Assembly (NCBI GenBank): GCA_013239625.1
Contig: MU053561.1
Span: 684,826 to 748,825 of the forward strand
Direction: 5' to 3'
Length of the DNA stretch: 64,000 bases
Source: Lama guanicoe
Taxonomy: Eukaryota
Below the pieces are notes generated by a model that was not told the DNA's origin, made no database searches, and saw nothing but the letters and a program-made list of their open reading frames with translations. The first letter of the stretch is position 1; every line of letters begins with the position of its first letter. The translations under genes were made by a program, and so were the position numbers. Below are positions 61,757 through 64,000 of the stretch, in pieces.

Positions 61757-64000
61757 TATACGTCTCCACCAGCTGCCTTGAATCTTAAAAGTGCCTAATT
61801 ACATCAGTTGATTACTTATAATCAATGTACCCTCTGCAGTCAGCTAGACAAAATATAGCCTAAGTTTTAAAAGCTTAAAGATGGACTTTGGAGGATAATG
61901 AGGGCGATGATGACAAGGATGACACCATCCATACAGACAGTTTTCTGCTCTACTACAAAATACACTGAATTAAAGTGTTAACCATTTAATTTTAAAAACT
62001 TGTATTAGAGTGAACAATTTAGAAAATTTTGAGGCAGACATTCCCATATGCTGTGTAGGGTTCTGCTTCTCAACAACAGAGGGCGTTACTATTATTGTTA
62101 GCATATAACCATATAAGCTCTAAATAGACAACAGGAAAAAGGAAGTAGTTGTTCTAGGCCAGGACTCCACAGTTGCTTTACTGATGAGTGCTAACTGCAG
62201 TAATAAAATGTTGTCTATTTAAAGATAAACTGTTAACCATTCTCTTTGAGTTTGTGTCCTGCTACCCAGCAGGCTCCTAGTCTAAGTTTATTTGATAAAA
62301 TGCAACCCAGATTTCGTGAACTAGTGTCCAAATCTGCAGCTCAACTTGTCATCTGTCACAGAAAAACAAGGCTACAGAAGGTGATAACAGTGACTGAAAT
62401 GAATCAGTGCCGTGGAAATGTGCACTCAAGTTATTCATTTTCCAAAAGCTAATAGTGAATTAGTAACTGAAAGAAGGTGTGGAACACGAAGTTCCTGCCT
62501 AGTTAGTGTGTGATAATTCTCTGATGACATAAGAAATAGCAGATTTCACGGTTCTCTGGGGAGACTAGGAGAACACAGTTTAAGGAAACCACACAGAAAC
62601 ATCTAGCAATCAACACAGCTCCTTAAAAGGACATACTATTATTCATGCACCATGGTCATATGAGGTTAGGAATTAGGTACATCTCAGAAAGCCATTCCTA
62701 GTAATTGCAGGAGGATTTCAGACAAGTAGATCCTTAAGTCCAATTTCCACCATCCCTGAATAGATGCAGCCCCCAAGTTATCTACAAAACATTGAGAACT
62801 TTAATTATACAGGTAACAAGCAGGTCAAATACCACTGGGTTGTGGCTCAGCTTGATCCATGTAGATGTAGCCTATTTCAAAACGTAGGCTCCTGATTAAA
62901 GAGCCCAGTTATGTACTTTTAATGTATATATTTTTTTTAGGATGGTGATGTCTTGACTATTGTATTCACTTGGATTTTTATGTGGTCTGGTGGTGGAATA
63001 CCACTGAAACCTCAGGAAACCTGCACTGATAAGTGATGGAGGTACCCCATATCAAAAACCTAGGCAAAAATTGGACGGTCTCTTTAAGGGTTAATGCCTT
63101 TTCAATATTAGTTGCACTGAAGAGAGAGAGAGAGATGGGGAGAGATGGAGGGAGAGACAGAGATGTCCTCTAATGCTCATGCCAGTTCTTAGAGTGATGT
63201 GTTTCAAGGTAACATGTGCCAAATCTGTGCTCTTCTCAGTAACCTGTCTTAGGCACTGTCTCATGGATACTATGGAATTGGGAGCCGCTCACATCCTATT
63301 GTACTCTGTGGTACACATAGAGGCAGGGTCATGTGTGGCTGGGAAATCTCCACCTGCCCAGTTGCTCGTACAATTGGAGATAAGCCTTCTGGCTAACATC
63401 TAGCTGGTCATTCTACCTGATTCTTCTTTGGAAACCAGAAGAAAAATCTGCCCAGTTGCTCACATTGTATCTGGATCCTTCTGACTAAAAGTCCAAAGGC
63501 ACAGACCTCTTTGGACACAGACTGTTGCCTTGAGCACATTCAACCAGAGTGAGGGCTGAACTGTCCTCCCCAGAGAGTGCTGAACGCTGGTGGTTTGGGC
63601 TGTGCAAGAGCTCCGTTTCCATACTGGTGCTGGAAATTCTTGTCTTGTGCTACAATCTATAGAGATATAGAGCTTAGGTGAAAAGACAAAAAAGTGGGGG
63701 GGGGAGTGAGAGTGTGTGTGTATGCATGTGTGTGTGTTTCCAAAAGTCAGAGTGAGAGATTGGGAAGAGAGAGTAAAGGCTTAGATTTATCTAGGAAATT
63801 CTGCTGTGTAAATCATAGTATAGCCTAGCAATGTAGAGTTCTCACTATATAATTGGGTCTCTGTTGGCTCTAAGACTGGAGAACTAACTAGCAATGAAGT
63901 ATTTATCTTTCTTCAATATCATCATTCATAGCAGCCAAATATCAATAACCTTATCTTCTAAAATGAGAATTATAATATCTTCCTTGCAGGGATGTTTGGT

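Noticed and set aside
1..64000. CRISPR arrays, operons, prokaryotic defence or phage systems
   Set aside because: The sequence is mammalian (MIR, L1, L2, MaLR; CpG-depleted), with no regularly spaced repeat-spacer array and no dense coding regions.

Overview
This window is mammalian, repeat-rich and almost certainly non-coding (intronic or intergenic), not prokaryotic. It contains many MIR and L2 relics, MaLR/ERV LTRs, hAT and Tigger DNA-transposon fossils, seven short younger L1 3' ends (several with target-site duplications, TSDs), and two tRNA-Ala(AGC)-derived SINEs that point to a camelid genome (inference). I could not recognise any intact protein-coding gene. The listed ORFs look like chance ORFs, and the only recognisable peptide is a stop-interrupted L1 ORF2 C-terminus. 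The main non-repeat landmark is a CpG island at ~27.7-28.56 kb with GC boxes, a TATA-like element and a PBX-HOX site, probably a promoter firing leftwards (minus strand). The most notable unexplained structure is a gapless 59-bp inverted repeat (8109-8167 / 9204-9262, 51/59 identity) carrying a TCF/LEF motif and overlapping a splice-acceptor-like sequence. Other observations are an oriented set of CTCF motifs, a telomeric-repeat tract inside a DNA transposon, an LTR-internal-LTR MaLR provirus and a 94-bp Tigger2-type MITE. Repeat family names come from recalled consensus sequences and need RepeatMasker/Dfam confirmation, and boundaries of old repeats are approximate. I see no convincing evidence of a novel multi-gene system.
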